From NCBI GenBank assembly GCA_963706955.1, contig CAVPOC010000010.1, positions 192,001 through 256,000 of the forward strand: DNA of 64,000 bases, written 5' to 3'. Shown here piece by piece: positions 11,707 through 22,318 of this stretch. Below the pieces are notes generated by a model. It worked only from the letters and a program-made list of their open reading frames with translations, was not told the DNA's origin and made no database searches. This DNA is from an uncultured Verrucomicrobiae bacterium. GTDB taxonomy: Bacteria > Verrucomicrobiota > Verrucomicrobiia > Chthoniobacterales > Terrimicrobiaceae. Both the position numbers and the translations under genes were made by a program. The stretch's first letter is position 1, and the number at the start of each line of letters is the position of its first letter.

Positions 11707-12261
11707 TTAGCTGTCTTTTCCCGCGGCGATATTCTTGATATGTTTGAGGTGGGTCTTAATGACTGGCAGCGTCGTGGCGGCGAAGCTCTTCAGTTCAAGA
11801 TTTTGCGACGTCTTCGAGGCCTTTTCGAATTCGGCGGCGACCATCTCATGGTCCTTGATCATTTCGGCAACATAGGCCTTGTCGAACTGCTCTCCCGAGA
11901 GTTTGCCAAACTTGTCGACCTTGCTCTCATGAAGGGTATCAAGCTTGGCTGGAAGGGTGACGCCATTCTTTGCCGCGATTGCTTGCAGCTCCTTATTGGC
12001 CTTACTGTGATCAGTCACCATCGCCGCGCCAAATTGCTTAATGTTCTCCTGGGTAGCCTTCTTCGCGGCCAGCTCGCCAAGCTTCACCTCAACCATTCCG
12101 GCTTGAGCCGCTGACATCATGAATGTCTCGTCGGCTGACGAGAATCTAGGCGGCGACGATTCAGAGCCTTTTTTCTCTGCAGCCAGGACGGAGGCAGACA
12201 TGCCCATGAGGTAAGCAATAGCTACCGCCGGAAAACAGATCTTAAATAAACGCGTTTTCAT
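11707..12261 (-). CDS. DUF4142-domain exported protein
   Basis: Signal peptide; D.TFM..AAQAGMVEV.LGELA, MVTDHSKAN.EL, FDKAYV.EMI.DH, TLPVI..HL. Confidence 0.9.
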   Translation of the reverse strand: MKTRLFKICFPAVAIAYLMGMSASVLAAEKKGSESSPPRFSSADETFMMSAAQAGMVEVKLGELAAKKATQENIKQFGAAMVTDHSKANKELQAIAAKNGVTLPAKLDTLHESKVDKFGKLSGEQFDKAYVAEMIKDHEMVAAEFEKASKTSQNLELKSFAATTLPVIKTHLKHIKNIAAGKDS

Positions 12262-12369
12262 AGAATATCTTCTATGTCTTCGGAGTTGATTCGTCTGCCG
12301 GACCTGAAATTTCGATCACCAATTATGGTGGCGGCATCGAAGATGGCTCGAGACTTCGCGAAAGACGCT

Positions 12370-13239
12370 TCAGCTCTGCTGCACAGGCACGGCATTGTCC
12401 GCCGGAGCGACGCGTGATCCGAATCGGTTAGCGTAGACCTGAGTAAACTCGGCGCCGAAGAAGAGTATCTGTGAGGAGTAATAGACCCACAGCAAAAGGA
12501 CGATCAACGACCCGGCGGCACCGTAAGAGGAGGCCACTCCGCTTTTGCCGAGGTAGATGCCGAGCGCAAATTTTCCGATGGTGAAGAGCAGTGCTGTTAG
12601 GAAGGCGCCAATCCAGACATCGTGCCAAGCGATCTTGGCGTCTGGCAGGAACTTAAAGATCGTTGCGAACAGCAGAGTGATCATCGATAGCGAAAGCACG
12701 ATGTTCAGTATATAGGCGAGTGCTTCGCTTCCGGGCATTAACCCTCCGATCCAATCCGCCATCAGGGCCATCCCTGCGGTCAGCAGCAACGAAACCAAAA
12801 GCAAGAAGCCAACCACAAGAGTAAAGCCAAAGGAAAGAAGGCGATCTTTAATTATGCCGAGCACGCCTCGTCCAGGCTTGGCTTTGACGCCCCAAATAGC
12901 GTTTAGGGATGCCTGGAGCTGGCCGAACACACCCGACGCACCAAACAGCAGCATGATGACGCTTATGATGGTCGCCACTACGCCGGCCGTTGGCTGTGCA
13001 TTAGCGCTCTGGACCATTTCTTCGACCGCTTTGCCGCCTTCTGCGCCGAGGAGGCCTCGCAACTCGTCGAAAATTTGCCCCTGAGCGGCCTCCTTTCCTA
13101 AGAAAAACCCCGCAATCGCAATCGCGATAGTCATGAGCGGAGCGAGAGAAAAGACGGTGTAATAAGCGAGCGCAGCCCCCAAGCTCGGCGCGTCATCTTC
13201 CATCCATTCCGAGGCAGTCTGTTTGAAAAGAGATAACAT
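12370..13239 (-). CDS. YihY/virulence factor BrkB-family membrane protein
   Basis: GAALAYYTVFSLAP, QLQASLNAIWGV, SSYGAAGSLIVLLLWVYYSSQI.FFGAEF. Confidence 0.92.
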   Translation of the reverse strand: MLSLFKQTASEWMEDDAPSLGAALAYYTVFSLAPLMTIAIAIAGFFLGKEAAQGQIFDELRGLLGAEGGKAVEEMVQSANAQPTAGVVATIISVIMLLFGASGVFGQLQASLNAIWGVKAKPGRGVLGIIKDRLLSFGFTLVVGFLLLVSLLLTAGMALMADWIGGLMPGSEALAYILNIVLSLSMITLLFATIFKFLPDAKIAWHDVWIGAFLTALLFTIGKFALGIYLGKSGVASSYGAAGSLIVLLLWVYYSSQILFFGAEFTQVYANRFGSRVAPADNAVPVQQS

Positions 13240-13340
13240 GTAGACCCGTGGCAGAGGCTATCTCATCGGCCAGCTTCGTCAGATCGCCAGGCGACTGCGG
13301 AAAGGGGATTGAACCCCGCCCCTGAGAGTAGGAACATTGC

Positions 13341-14423
13341 TTAAGATTGTGCGGGTGGAGGCTGACCGGGTCCCTGGCCCTGACCTTCTTGGTCGGTTTC
13401 CGAGTCGGCCTTCTTCAACGCCTCTGGCATAAGGTTTTCTTTGGCTGCGGCTTTACCCTCATCAGTAACTTTGTGCGCGATCTCGCCAAACTTTCCCGCG
13501 ATCTCGGATATCTTGTCACTGGCGGCTTCGGGCGTTAGACCCTGCTCCCGTGCTTCAATCATCGCGGTTTCGGTGACCTGTTCTGCCACCGCCTTGCCGC
13601 GCTCGAGGAGTTCCTGACCTTTCTCCTTAGTCGCATCCAGGAGCTGGTCGGATTTTTCTCCCATAAACTCGTCTTCAGGACGGGTGCGAGGCAGCAGCAC
13701 CCCAAAGAGCGCGCCTGCGGCAGCAAAACCGATCGCCACCGCCAAGGGATACTCTCTCATGGCCATGTCCAACTGCTCCGCGCCGGATCGATACCCTTGC
13801 TGCATTCCCTCGCCGATACGAACCGCAGTCGATCGGCCCTGGCTATAAACGTCTTGAGCGCGTCGTGTGAGATTCTCGGCGGCTTCGCTGGCCGTATCAC
13901 CGAGAGCCGACGCCTTGTCCTTGGCTGCGCCGGCGACCTCGCTGGCCGCATCGGCGAAGGCCGACGCTTTGTCCTTGGCTGCACCGGCGACCTCGCTGGC
14001 GGCATGCTTAGCTTGGCCGAGCCTACTTTGGGCTTTCTCAAGCGGATGGGATCCCTCCTTGGAAACACCTGGCGCCCGGCGGTCATCGACATCTCCGCGC
14101 GCACTGGATTCGTTTCCCTCATCTTCTGAGGCGGCGTCAATGATCATCCAAGCGACGCCGGTGGCAACTAACACCGCCGGAACGGGATGCTTCTTTACTT
14201 GGTAAGCTACGTTCCGGTAGGCACTCTTGGCCGCTCCGCCGCCCGGCATGGCAACTTGGCGGTTCGCCCACCAATCAAGGGCCGAGTTTACGATTGAACG
14301 CACGGTAAATTGATTCGAGAGCTCGTCCAAGGTCGCATCCATTCGATTGCGACGCTCTCGAATGTCCGATGCGATTTCACTCGAGGAGCGATCCTCCGTG
14401 TTCTGAATTTCTTCGTTTTTCAT
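13341..14423 (-). CDS. DUF3618/DUF883-like protein with LEA-like 18-aa repeats
   Basis: EI.SDIRERR.RMD.TLDEL; HPVPAVLVATG and YPLAVAIG..AAGAL.G.LLP.T..EDE.MGE.SD motifs; AASEVAGAAKDKASA repeated; ATGA overlap with the upstream gene. Confidence 0.8.
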   Translation of the reverse strand: MKNEEIQNTEDRSSSEIASDIRERRNRMDATLDELSNQFTVRSIVNSALDWWANRQVAMPGGGAAKSAYRNVAYQVKKHPVPAVLVATGVAWMIIDAASEDEGNESSARGDVDDRRAPGVSKEGSHPLEKAQSRLGQAKHAASEVAGAAKDKASAFADAASEVAGAAKDKASALGDTASEAAENLTRRAQDVYSQGRSTAVRIGEGMQQGYRSGAEQLDMAMREYPLAVAIGFAAAGALFGVLLPRTRPEDEFMGEKSDQLLDATKEKGQELLERGKAVAEQVTETAMIEAREQGLTPEAASDKISEIAGKFGEIAHKVTDEGKAAAKENLMPEALKKADSETDQEGQGQGPGQPPPAQS

Positions 14424-14833
14424 GAGACTTTCTTTTGGACCCACTCTTTATCTTCTTCGAGGGTTTTGACGGTTTTCGTTGGGATGGGCGTTTCTTTCTT
14501 CAGCGTGTTGATTGCCTTCATAACGAGGCTTGCACCCACCCCGCCGACGATAACTCCCACAATCAGGAAGCTGAGCAGATTTGCGACCGGTTCAGAAACG
14601 TCGCCGGCCAGAAACATTGCCCTTAAAATGAAACTCACCGCCACGAGCAGGAAAATCACTCCTGCGTAGGCAACGAGCGCACCGACCGCCAAATAGCCGA
14701 CGTTGCGAGAGGCGGTCGCAATCTTCTCACCAATTTCGGTCTTCGCGAGCGCGACCTCATCGCGAATGAGTCCGCTGGTGTCGTCGCGAAGGCTTTTTAC
14801 AAGATCGAGGATGTTGACTGGTTGGTCATGCAT
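14420..14833 (-). CDS. Phage-holin-family (DUF1469-like) membrane protein of stress clusters
   Basis: LIRDEVALAKTE, two TM segments, P.KTV.TL.EDKEW. Confidence 0.85.
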   Translation of the reverse strand: MHDQPVNILDLVKSLRDDTSGLIRDEVALAKTEIGEKIATASRNVGYLAVGALVAYAGVIFLLVAVSFILRAMFLAGDVSEPVANLLSFLIVGVIVGGVGASLVMKAINTLKKETPIPTKTVKTLEEDKEWVQKKVS

Positions 14834-14857
14834 GATGAAATTCTATTAGCTTCCACC

Positions 14858-15499
14858 TCAGGGAATCCCGACCGACTGGGCGGGAGGCACTGGTGGATAC
14901 GGTTGTGGTGGTGGCTGGCTGGAAACTCCGGCGCCCCAGCTTAGATCTGGAGATTCCACATGGGTGCTCACGGCCATCGAACTCTCGCGTGGGCTTTGTC
15001 GGCGAGATGCCTTGAAGAATCTGGCCGCCGCGAAGCCGACCACAAATAAGCCGCCGAAGACGAGCTCGGGCTTCCGCCTGGCCAGCGACTCAAGATCATC
15101 AAGAAGTTCCGCGGGCTCCTTCTCTCGCAAATAGTCGGAAATTCGATTGAGGCTTCCGGCGGCCTTCTCCGCGGGACCAGCCAGGATGTTGTCCTCATCC
15201 CCACGAAGTTTCTCGGACATCGACTGGACTGCGTTTGCATATTCGGAAAACCGGCCTGCCAGACTCTCTTTCTGGTTCTTAACGAAGCTTTGCCCGGTCT
15301 CTTGTGCTTCGCGAACGGCCGACTGAGCCGCGGACTTGATGTGGTCCACCGCAGCAGAGCCCTCCTTCCGTGCAGACTCCTTTAAATGTTCCATTTTTGA
15401 CCGCGCCTCGTCGACTACCCGAGATGTCTCCATTGAGCCTGAAGATGGAGTCGAGGCCGATTCGCGCTGTCCTGTTGAAGAGGTGTTGCTTTCGTTCAT
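14858..15499 (-). CDS. Hypothetical LEA-like protein, first gene of the trio
   Basis: Helical Ala/Lys/Glu-rich sequence; DDLE.LARRKPEL.FGG....GFAAARF.KAS; AAGGA upstream of ATG 15499. Confidence 0.75.
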   Translation of the reverse strand: MNESNTSSTGQRESASTPSSGSMETSRVVDEARSKMEHLKESARKEGSAAVDHIKSAAQSAVREAQETGQSFVKNQKESLAGRFSEYANAVQSMSEKLRGDEDNILAGPAEKAAGSLNRISDYLREKEPAELLDDLESLARRKPELVFGGLFVVGFAAARFFKASRRQSPRESSMAVSTHVESPDLSWGAGVSSQPPPQPYPPVPPAQSVGIP

Positions 15500-15872
15500 T
15501 TTCCTTAAAGGTGACTTAGCTCGCGATTTTGTTAGATTCGCTTGTGGGAAATGAAACGGATCAGCTTGAACGGCGGCTGGATTTTTTGCGGGCATGAGCC
15601 CAACTTCAGGAACATCCCCTAGGGAGGGCCACCGCTGAGTTCTTCCAAACCGAGACCAAACCCTTAGTCTCTCGTGTGTAAGGTTTCGGCACTCGCACCG
15701 CTTCTGCCGGATTTCGCAGGACTTTAGTTTGGCCGGCGGACTTCAAATTTATCCTACGGCTGCCTCGGCGGCGCGTAGCCAAGACCTCGAAACATTAGAC
15801 GATCTGCTCGGCCACGAGAGAAATGCGGCTGTTTCGCAACCTTTGGGGGATCGACATGCGATTCCAAGACGT

Positions 15873-16268
15873 ATGACGAGTGTCTTGAAAGCGTCCCGCC
15901 TGTTGCGAATATTTGTCGTGGAAGACCACCCAGACACCCTTCAGGCGCTTTGCCTCTACCTCAAATACGTCGGACACACCGTCCGGAGTGCTCGCACGAA
16001 AGAGGAAGCCCTTAACAGTATCACGCAGGGAGATAATGATGTCCTCATCTCCGATATTGGCCTCTCCGACGGCAATGGATGGGATCTCATCCGCGAGATG
16101 GGCGATTCCCGTCCGCAATTTGCGATTGCCATGAGCGGCTATGGCACCGCGGCTGATCTCGAGAGGAGCACGGAGGCTGGCTTTCGGCATCACTTGATAA
16201 AACCTGTCTCTTTGGAGAAATTAGCCGCCGTCCTGGACGAGGCAGTCATGGAAGTGCACGGACGTTAG
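15873..16268 (+). CDS. Single-domain response regulator
   Basis: IFVVEDH, ISDIGLSDGNG, AMSGYG, HHLIKPV. Confidence 0.88.
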   Translation: MTSVLKASRLLRIFVVEDHPDTLQALCLYLKYVGHTVRSARTKEEALNSITQGDNDVLISDIGLSDGNGWDLIREMGDSRPQFAIAMSGYGTAADLERSTEAGFRHHLIKPVSLEKLAAVLDEAVMEVHGR

Positions 16269-16502
16269 GACCCGGTTTTGCCGTCGCCGGATCCTGGTCG
16301 CGCAAGGAGATGCTGCCACTTAAAATGATTGTGAGAAGTATTCGCTTGTGGCGATGATGTCCGCATCGTCGAAATTCGCTTCGTCCGCGGCTCATCCGAC
16401 GGATGCTATCCGGAAACGCCGCCATAAAGGAGCGCACAATTTTAACAGATTGCCCCGATTCGGCACCCGAACTGCTAGGGAAAGCGTTTAACCGATTTGA
16501 AT

Positions 16503-17306
16503 ATGATTCTTGAAGCTGGATGCACAATGACCGTGGACGCAGCAGACAATTCCGCTGTTGTCCTCATGTTGAGACCGCAAAGCGGCCTTGGTCAGGAAGT
16601 GAAACAAAGTCACCTCTCGATCGAGCCGCCAGTGAACTTGTATGAATTTCACGATGCCTTCGGAAACCTTCAGCAGAGAACCATGCTGGGGCAAGGCCGG
16701 TCGATCATCACTACTGCCTGCACCGTCGATACGCCTGATGAGATCGCCTCGGAACCCGACGCACATTTCACGCTGATACAGAATCTTCCCGACGACGTGA
16801 TCCATTATCTTTTGCCAAGCCGCTACTGCGAGGCCGACAAGATGCTGAAATTGGCCACCTCGATCGTCAAACAATCAGCCCCGGGCTATCCACAAGCGGA
16901 AGCGATCAGAAGCTGGATCTTTCGCAAGGTGCGATACAGATACGGCGTCAGTAATTCTTCCACCTCCGCGGCGGACACCGCCAAAGGACGTGCCGGCGTC
17001 TGCCGAGACTTCGCCCATTTGGGTATCGCGCTCTGCCGAGCGCTGAGAATTCCTGCGCGGATGGTGGTAGGCTACCTTTATCAACTGGAACCCATGGACC
17101 TGCATGCTTGGTTCGAGGCCTTTGTCGGTGGTCGGTGGTACACGTTCGATGCGACGCAAAAAAGGCCTCGTGGCAATCGGATCATCATTGGCTATGGGCG
17201 CGACGCCGCGGACGTTGCTCAGCTAAGCGAATATGGACCGCTCAAAACGACGTCGATGTCGGTATGGGTCAAAGCCTCCAAGGGCGCCGCCGCCGCGGCG
17301 GCGTGA
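16503..17306 (+). CDS. Transglutaminase-like protein
   Basis: YLLPSRYC, GVCRDFAHL, DLHAWFE, FDAT (Cys-His-Asp triad). Confidence 0.92.
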   Translation: MILEAGCTMTVDAADNSAVVLMLRPQSGLGQEVKQSHLSIEPPVNLYEFHDAFGNLQQRTMLGQGRSIITTACTVDTPDEIASEPDAHFTLIQNLPDDVIHYLLPSRYCEADKMLKLATSIVKQSAPGYPQAEAIRSWIFRKVRYRYGVSNSSTSAADTAKGRAGVCRDFAHLGIALCRALRIPARMVVGYLYQLEPMDLHAWFEAFVGGRWYTFDATQKRPRGNRIIIGYGRDAADVAQLSEYGPLKTTSMSVWVKASKGAAAAAA

Positions 17307-17396
17307 GCCATTCGAGCAAACGGCGAGTTCGGCCGAGAAAGCAGACTAATTCCACGACCATCACACAAGGTTGCCGCGATACGCTTGCGACGACGT

Positions 17397-17660
17397 ATGG
17401 AGCAGGAAACCGATAAGATTCATGTTATTTCTCTCGCGGACGACTGGGAGGTAGAATCGCAGAGCGGAGTTCCGTTGGCGCACGAAGACGAGAAATGCGA
17501 CGCCATTGACACCGCCAGGAAACTCGCACAGCAACGAGGCATCGAAACAGTGATCCTTCATCATGGCGACGGCGTGACCGAGAAAATCCCGGCCATGCCG
17601 CCCGAAGAGATCATCGCGCCCGCGAAAGCTGACGAACCAAGATCCTCCTCCGCAGGTTAG
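17397..17660 (+). CDS. Small DUF2188-like protein
   Basis: IHVI....DWEV......K.DAI..AR.LA......VILH..DG. Confidence 0.6.
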   Translation: MEQETDKIHVISLADDWEVESQSGVPLAHEDEKCDAIDTARKLAQQRGIETVILHHGDGVTEKIPAMPPEEIIAPAKADEPRSSSAG

Positions 17661-17749
17661 ACGGCTCCGTCGCGCTGAGAAACTCTTGAACCCTAAAGCC
17701 GACTGGATAGAGGTAGGTCTTCGCCTACTTTGCGACCATCTCTGCAGCT

Positions 17750-18388
17750 ATGAATCGCGTCTTCGTGCTTTCCCCTGCTCGCTCCAACGGCCGTCGTGCA
17801 CAGCTTCTCACTCGTCCGGAAGCTTCCTTTGAATTGGCCAGACAGGTGCGAATTGGCGATGCGAAACTTGGGGATGTTTTTGCTTTCTGCAGCGGATTGT
17901 ACTTTCGCGGAAAGCTCGTCTATGGACAACGCTTCGCCCAGCCTCCCGGTGAAGTGGCAGGGGTGCAGATTATCACCCCCACCCGAGGGTTACTTCCGCC
18001 GGAAACTCGGCTTGGAATTGAGGAGCTTCGCGAATTTGTCAGCGTGGCGGTGGCTGCCGATCAACGCCGGTTCACACGTCCCTTGCAACGGTCGGCTGAA
18101 ATGCTGGCCGCGGTCTCCTGCGAGGTGATTCTGCTCGGGAGCATTGCCACCGGCAAATACGTCGATTGCTTGCTCCCCATCTTCGCGCAACGGCTCCTGT
18201 TTCCCTCCGAGTTCGTCGGACGCGGCGACATGAGCCGCGGAGCCCTGCTTTTGAGGTGCGTCGCCGACAACAAGGAGTTAGACTATATCCCAGTCATGGG
18301 AGCGGTCCGGCGAGGGCAGCGCCCACAGTCTTTTGGGAGCACCCCGAAAAGACCCTTGACCCCGCCTCCGCCGACAGAGGCACGTTGA
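17750..18388 (+). CDS. Conserved-looking hypothetical protein (weak YaaA/DUF6884-like pattern)
   Basis: Intact 212-aa ORF; SGLYFRGKL.Y, IITP.RGLL.P, LLGSIATGKY, FVGRGDMSRG.LLL. Confidence 0.7.
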   Translation: MNRVFVLSPARSNGRRAQLLTRPEASFELARQVRIGDAKLGDVFAFCSGLYFRGKLVYGQRFAQPPGEVAGVQIITPTRGLLPPETRLGIEELREFVSVAVAADQRRFTRPLQRSAEMLAAVSCEVILLGSIATGKYVDCLLPIFAQRLLFPSEFVGRGDMSRGALLLRCVADNKELDYIPVMGAVRRGQRPQSFGSTPKRPLTPPPPTEAR

Positions 18389-18531
18389 CTTAGGAATAGC
18401 TGCCTGACTGTCCGGCTGGTCGATTTATTCCATCCACCGACCCCTTGACATTCGATCCCCTCGCGAAGCGTGGAGCCGTGAGACTTGCAGTTAAGAGTTC
18501 GGCAAGCCTCCATCTGCAAATTCGACCCAGC

Positions 18532-20031
18532 ATGAAAACTCGATCGCTTTGGAGCGCCACTTCATCTACCCCAGACTTTCCTCCACTCCACGGCAATATC
18601 GAAGTTGACGTTCTCGTGGTGGGAGCCGGGATTACGGGGGTCACCACCGCCTATCTTCTGAAGCAAGCTGGAAGCCGGGTGGCAGTGGTCGACCTGAAAA
18701 GCGTCGGCTCGGGCGAAACCTCCCATACAACCGCCCATGTTACCCTCGTGACCGACACCCGCCTCCAGGAACTCGCATCCCGAATGGGCCAGGAGCAAGC
18801 ACAGGCTTTCTGGGGCGCTGGGCAACTGGCCATGAAGCAGATCGAAGGCATTGTCGATGAACTCCAGATCGACTGCGAATTGAAGCGAATTCCAGGTTAT
18901 CTTTTCGCCGCAGTCGGCGCAAACACGGAACAAGAGGCCAAATCGCTGCGAGAGGAGGCTCTCATTGCTGACAGCCTCGGCTTTGACGCATCGTTCATCA
19001 ACAGCGATCCGCTCTTCCGGCGTCCAGCCATCAGATTTCCGAATCAATTGAAGTTCCACCCGCTGAAGTATGTGAACGCCGTGGCCAAGGCTCTACCCGG
19101 TAAAGGTTGTCACGTGTTTTCACGAACAAGCGGAAGTAACATCAACAGCGACAAACATCAGTTAACTACTGACGGAGGAACCATCACCTACGACGCCGTC
19201 GTTGCCGCCACGCATGTGCCCATCCAAGGAGAGCGCGATACCTTCCGCGCGGCCCTCTTTCAAACCAAGTTGGCCGCTTACTCCACCTACGCGGTAGAGG
19301 CAGAAGTGCCACCCATGGCGGAGTCACTTTTTTGGGACACCAACGACCCCTACCTTTATCTTCGATTCGACGGACACGAAGGGGCAACGTCACTGATCCT
19401 CGGTGGCGAGGATCACAAGACAGGCCAGGAAGAAGATACCGAGAACCGCTACGAAAAATTGAGCGGCATTTTGGCCAAGATCTTTCCCGAATCGAAGCCC
19501 CGACATCGCTGGTCCGGACAGGTGCTCGAAACCCCTGATGGCCTGCCCTATATCGGGGAAGTGGCGCCGCATCAGTTTGTTGCGACAGGATTTTCCGGAA
19601 ATGGCATGACCTTGGGAACATTCTCTGCGATTTTGATTCGAGATCTTATCACCGGCCGATCCAATCCATGGACGCAACTTTTCTCACCTGATCGCAAGGC
19701 CACTGTCGGGGCATGGGAATACGTCCGGGAGAACAAAGACTATCCGGCCTATTTTCTGCGGGGTCTGATTCGTCCCCCCGCGACAATGGACGATGTGCAA
19801 CGTGGCTCGGGAGCCGTCGTCCAGCTTGATGGCAAAAAGCGGGCAATCTACTGCAACGACAAAGGGCAGCAGACCGTGCTTTCCCCGATCTGTCCCCACA
19901 TGGGCTGTGTAGTTGCCTGGAACAGCGCCGAGAAAACCTGGGACTGTCCGTGTCACGGCTCGCGCTTCACCGCCACCGGCGAACTCCTCGCTGGTCCGGC
20001 GGAATCTAATCTTGAGCCGGAGAAAGTATGA
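18532..20031 (+). CDS. FAD-dependent oxidoreductase with C-terminal Rieske [2Fe-2S] domain (YhfW-like)
   Basis: VVGAGITG, TSHTTAH, WSGQ..ETPDGLPYIG, CPHMGC...WDCPCHGSRF. Confidence 0.93.
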   Translation: MKTRSLWSATSSTPDFPPLHGNIEVDVLVVGAGITGVTTAYLLKQAGSRVAVVDLKSVGSGETSHTTAHVTLVTDTRLQELASRMGQEQAQAFWGAGQLAMKQIEGIVDELQIDCELKRIPGYLFAAVGANTEQEAKSLREEALIADSLGFDASFINSDPLFRRPAIRFPNQLKFHPLKYVNAVAKALPGKGCHVFSRTSGSNINSDKHQLTTDGGTITYDAVVAATHVPIQGERDTFRAALFQTKLAAYSTYAVEAEVPPMAESLFWDTNDPYLYLRFDGHEGATSLILGGEDHKTGQEEDTENRYEKLSGILAKIFPESKPRHRWSGQVLETPDGLPYIGEVAPHQFVATGFSGNGMTLGTFSAILIRDLITGRSNPWTQLFSPDRKATVGAWEYVRENKDYPAYFLRGLIRPPATMDDVQRGSGAVVQLDGKKRAIYCNDKGQQTVLSPICPHMGCVVAWNSAEKTWDCPCHGSRFTATGELLAGPAESNLEPEKV

Positions 20032-21045
20032 AGCTGCTCGGAGCACTGCTGGCCGCCTGTGGATTAGCTGGGCTGTTGCTGCTGCGCCGGCCGGTGAACT
20101 ATTCGCTCGCGGATAAGGTAGTCGTGATAACCGGCGGCTCTCGCGGTCTTGGGTTGGCCCTGGCCCGCGAGTTTTCGCGTCACGGCGCCAAGGTCGCCTT
20201 GCTCGCAAGAGATCGTGAGGAACTCGAGCGCGCAGCAACCGATTTGCGCGACTCAGGCGCCGAGGTAACAACCTGGACGTGCGACGTGCAGCGCGACCAA
20301 GAAGTGGAGAAGACTATCTCGGCGATCGGGCGCGAGTACGGTCGCATCGATGTCCTCGTCAATAACGCGGGAATTATGCTGGTCGCACCTCTCGACCTCA
20401 TGGTGAAAGCAGATTTCGAGGAGGCTATGAACGTCCATTTTTGGGCGGCGTATCGGGTGACCATGGCAGCGCTCCCGCTTCTCAAGCAGAGTCGGCCGAG
20501 CCGCATCGTGAATATTTCTTCGATCGGAGGGCGCGTGGCCGTCCCGCACATGGCGCCCTACTGCGCGAGCAAGTTTGCGGTCTCGGGCTTTTCCGATGCG
20601 ATTCGGGCGGAGCTCGCGCGCGAAGGCGTGCAGGTGACCTCGGTTTCTCCCGGACTCATGCGGACGGGCTCCCATATCAACGCCGAGTTCAAGGGCAGTC
20701 ACGCCAAGGAATTCGCATGGTTTTCGATCAGCGCGGGCATGCCGTTCCTCTCCATTGACGCATCGCGCGCTGCGCGCCAAATCGTCGAGGCCGCGCGAAG
20801 TGGCCGCCCTGAACTCACGATTACACTTCAGGCCCGCGCGCTCATTCTCGCTCAGGCTCTGGCGCCGAACCTCTTTGCACGCGCCATTCAATTGGTCAAC
20901 GTCCTCGCTTCCTGAAAATCCCGGCGGTGAGGCCCCGAGCCGCCGTAAGGGTTATCATTGTCAGTCCGACGTGTCTCCCTCTCGGCTGACGCAGCTCGCG
21001 GACGCAGCGAGTCCGCACTACAACGAAATACCCAAATCTGGGTGA
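20028..21045 (+). CDS. SDR-family oxidoreductase; frameshift near 20905 moves the C-terminal tail into another frame
   Basis: TGGSRGLG, NNAG, YCASKF; the tail LPENPGG...SPSRLTQLADAAS..YNE continues in the +1 frame to TGA 21045. Confidence 0.85.
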
Positions 21046-21111
21046 GCTGGAGAGTGCCGGCCCGCTCACTCTCTATCGAACTCGGCAAATGAGTCCGAAC
21101 CAGAGTTATCT

Positions 21112-22270
21112 ATGAAAGCAGTTGTTTTCCACAAACCGAAAGACATGCGCGTTGAGACCGTCGATGATCCTTCTCTAGAGGATGCGCGGGACGTCATCTT
21201 GCGAGTTACCGCGACCGCGATTTGCGGCTCAGACCTGCACCTCTACAACGGATTTTTTCCTCAGACTAAGCCGCTGGTGATGGGACATGAATTCATGGGC
21301 ATTGTCGAGGAAGTGGGCTCGGAAATACGGAACCTCCAACGTGGTGATCGAGTCGTCGTTCCCTTTCCCGATCGCTTGCGGCGGCTGCTTTTTCTGTAAC
21401 CAAGGACTTCCGGTCCAGTGTGAAAAATCTAATCACAAGCATTACGGTCCCGAAGGCGCCATGTTTGACCAAAAGGGCGGCGCACTCTTTGGATATACCG
21501 ACCTCTACGGCGGTTACAGTGGCGGCCAGGCTGAGTATGTGCGCGTGCCTTACGCCGATATCGGACCACGCAAAGTGCCAGAGCGCTTCAGCGACGAAGA
21601 AGTGCTTTTTCTTACAGATATTCTCCCGACCGGATTCTCAGGCGTGGAATGGGCGGGCGTCCAAGGAGGCGAGACCGTCGCCGTCTTTGGCTGCGGGCCA
21701 GTCGGTTTGATGGCCCAGAAGTGCGCGTGGGTTCGAGGCGCCGGGCGCGTCATTGGACTGGATATCGAACCCTACAGACTTGAAATGGCCAAGCGGAGCG
21801 CAAATTCCGAGGTGATAAATGTAAAGGAGGGCGATCCCGTAGAGGCTATCCGCGCGATGACGGACGGACGCGGGGCCGATGTTTGTATCGACGCCGTTGG
21901 GATGGAGGCGGAGCGATCGTTGCTGGACAAAGCGAAGAACGTTCTCCACATGCAAATGGGAACGATCAACGTGCTCAAGATGTGCTTCAGCGCCGCCCGT
22001 CGCGGGGGCGCGGTCTCGATCCTGGGAGTTTATGGCATGCCCTATGATAACTTCCCGATTGGCCAAATCTTCGACAAAGGTCTGAAGATTTACGCCGGGC
22101 AGGCACTCGTCCATCGCTACATCGATGAATTGATCTCGTGGCTGGAAAACGACCGCATCCGACTGAATGACATCATCACTCACCGACTTCCGTTGGCTGA
22201 AGCTCCTCACGGTTACGAGATCTTTAACGAGAAGAAAGAGAACTGCGTCAAAATCGTGCTCTCCCCATAA
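21112..22270 (+). CDS. Zn-dependent alcohol dehydrogenase (glutathione-dependent formaldehyde dehydrogenase-like); frameshift near 21367
   Basis: ICGSDLH, GHEFMG, then PIACG.CFFC...C and GCGPVG in the next frame; one extra base in CCCTTTCCCG. Confidence 0.88.
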
Positions 22271-22318
22271 GGAATCGCACCTTCTAGCCCTTATCCAACG
22301 CGCGCCGAGCCGACTCAT

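Noticed and set aside
14420..14833. Holin-family gene as evidence of a prophage
   Set aside because: No endolysin, structural or integrase genes nearby; the context is a stress-gene trio
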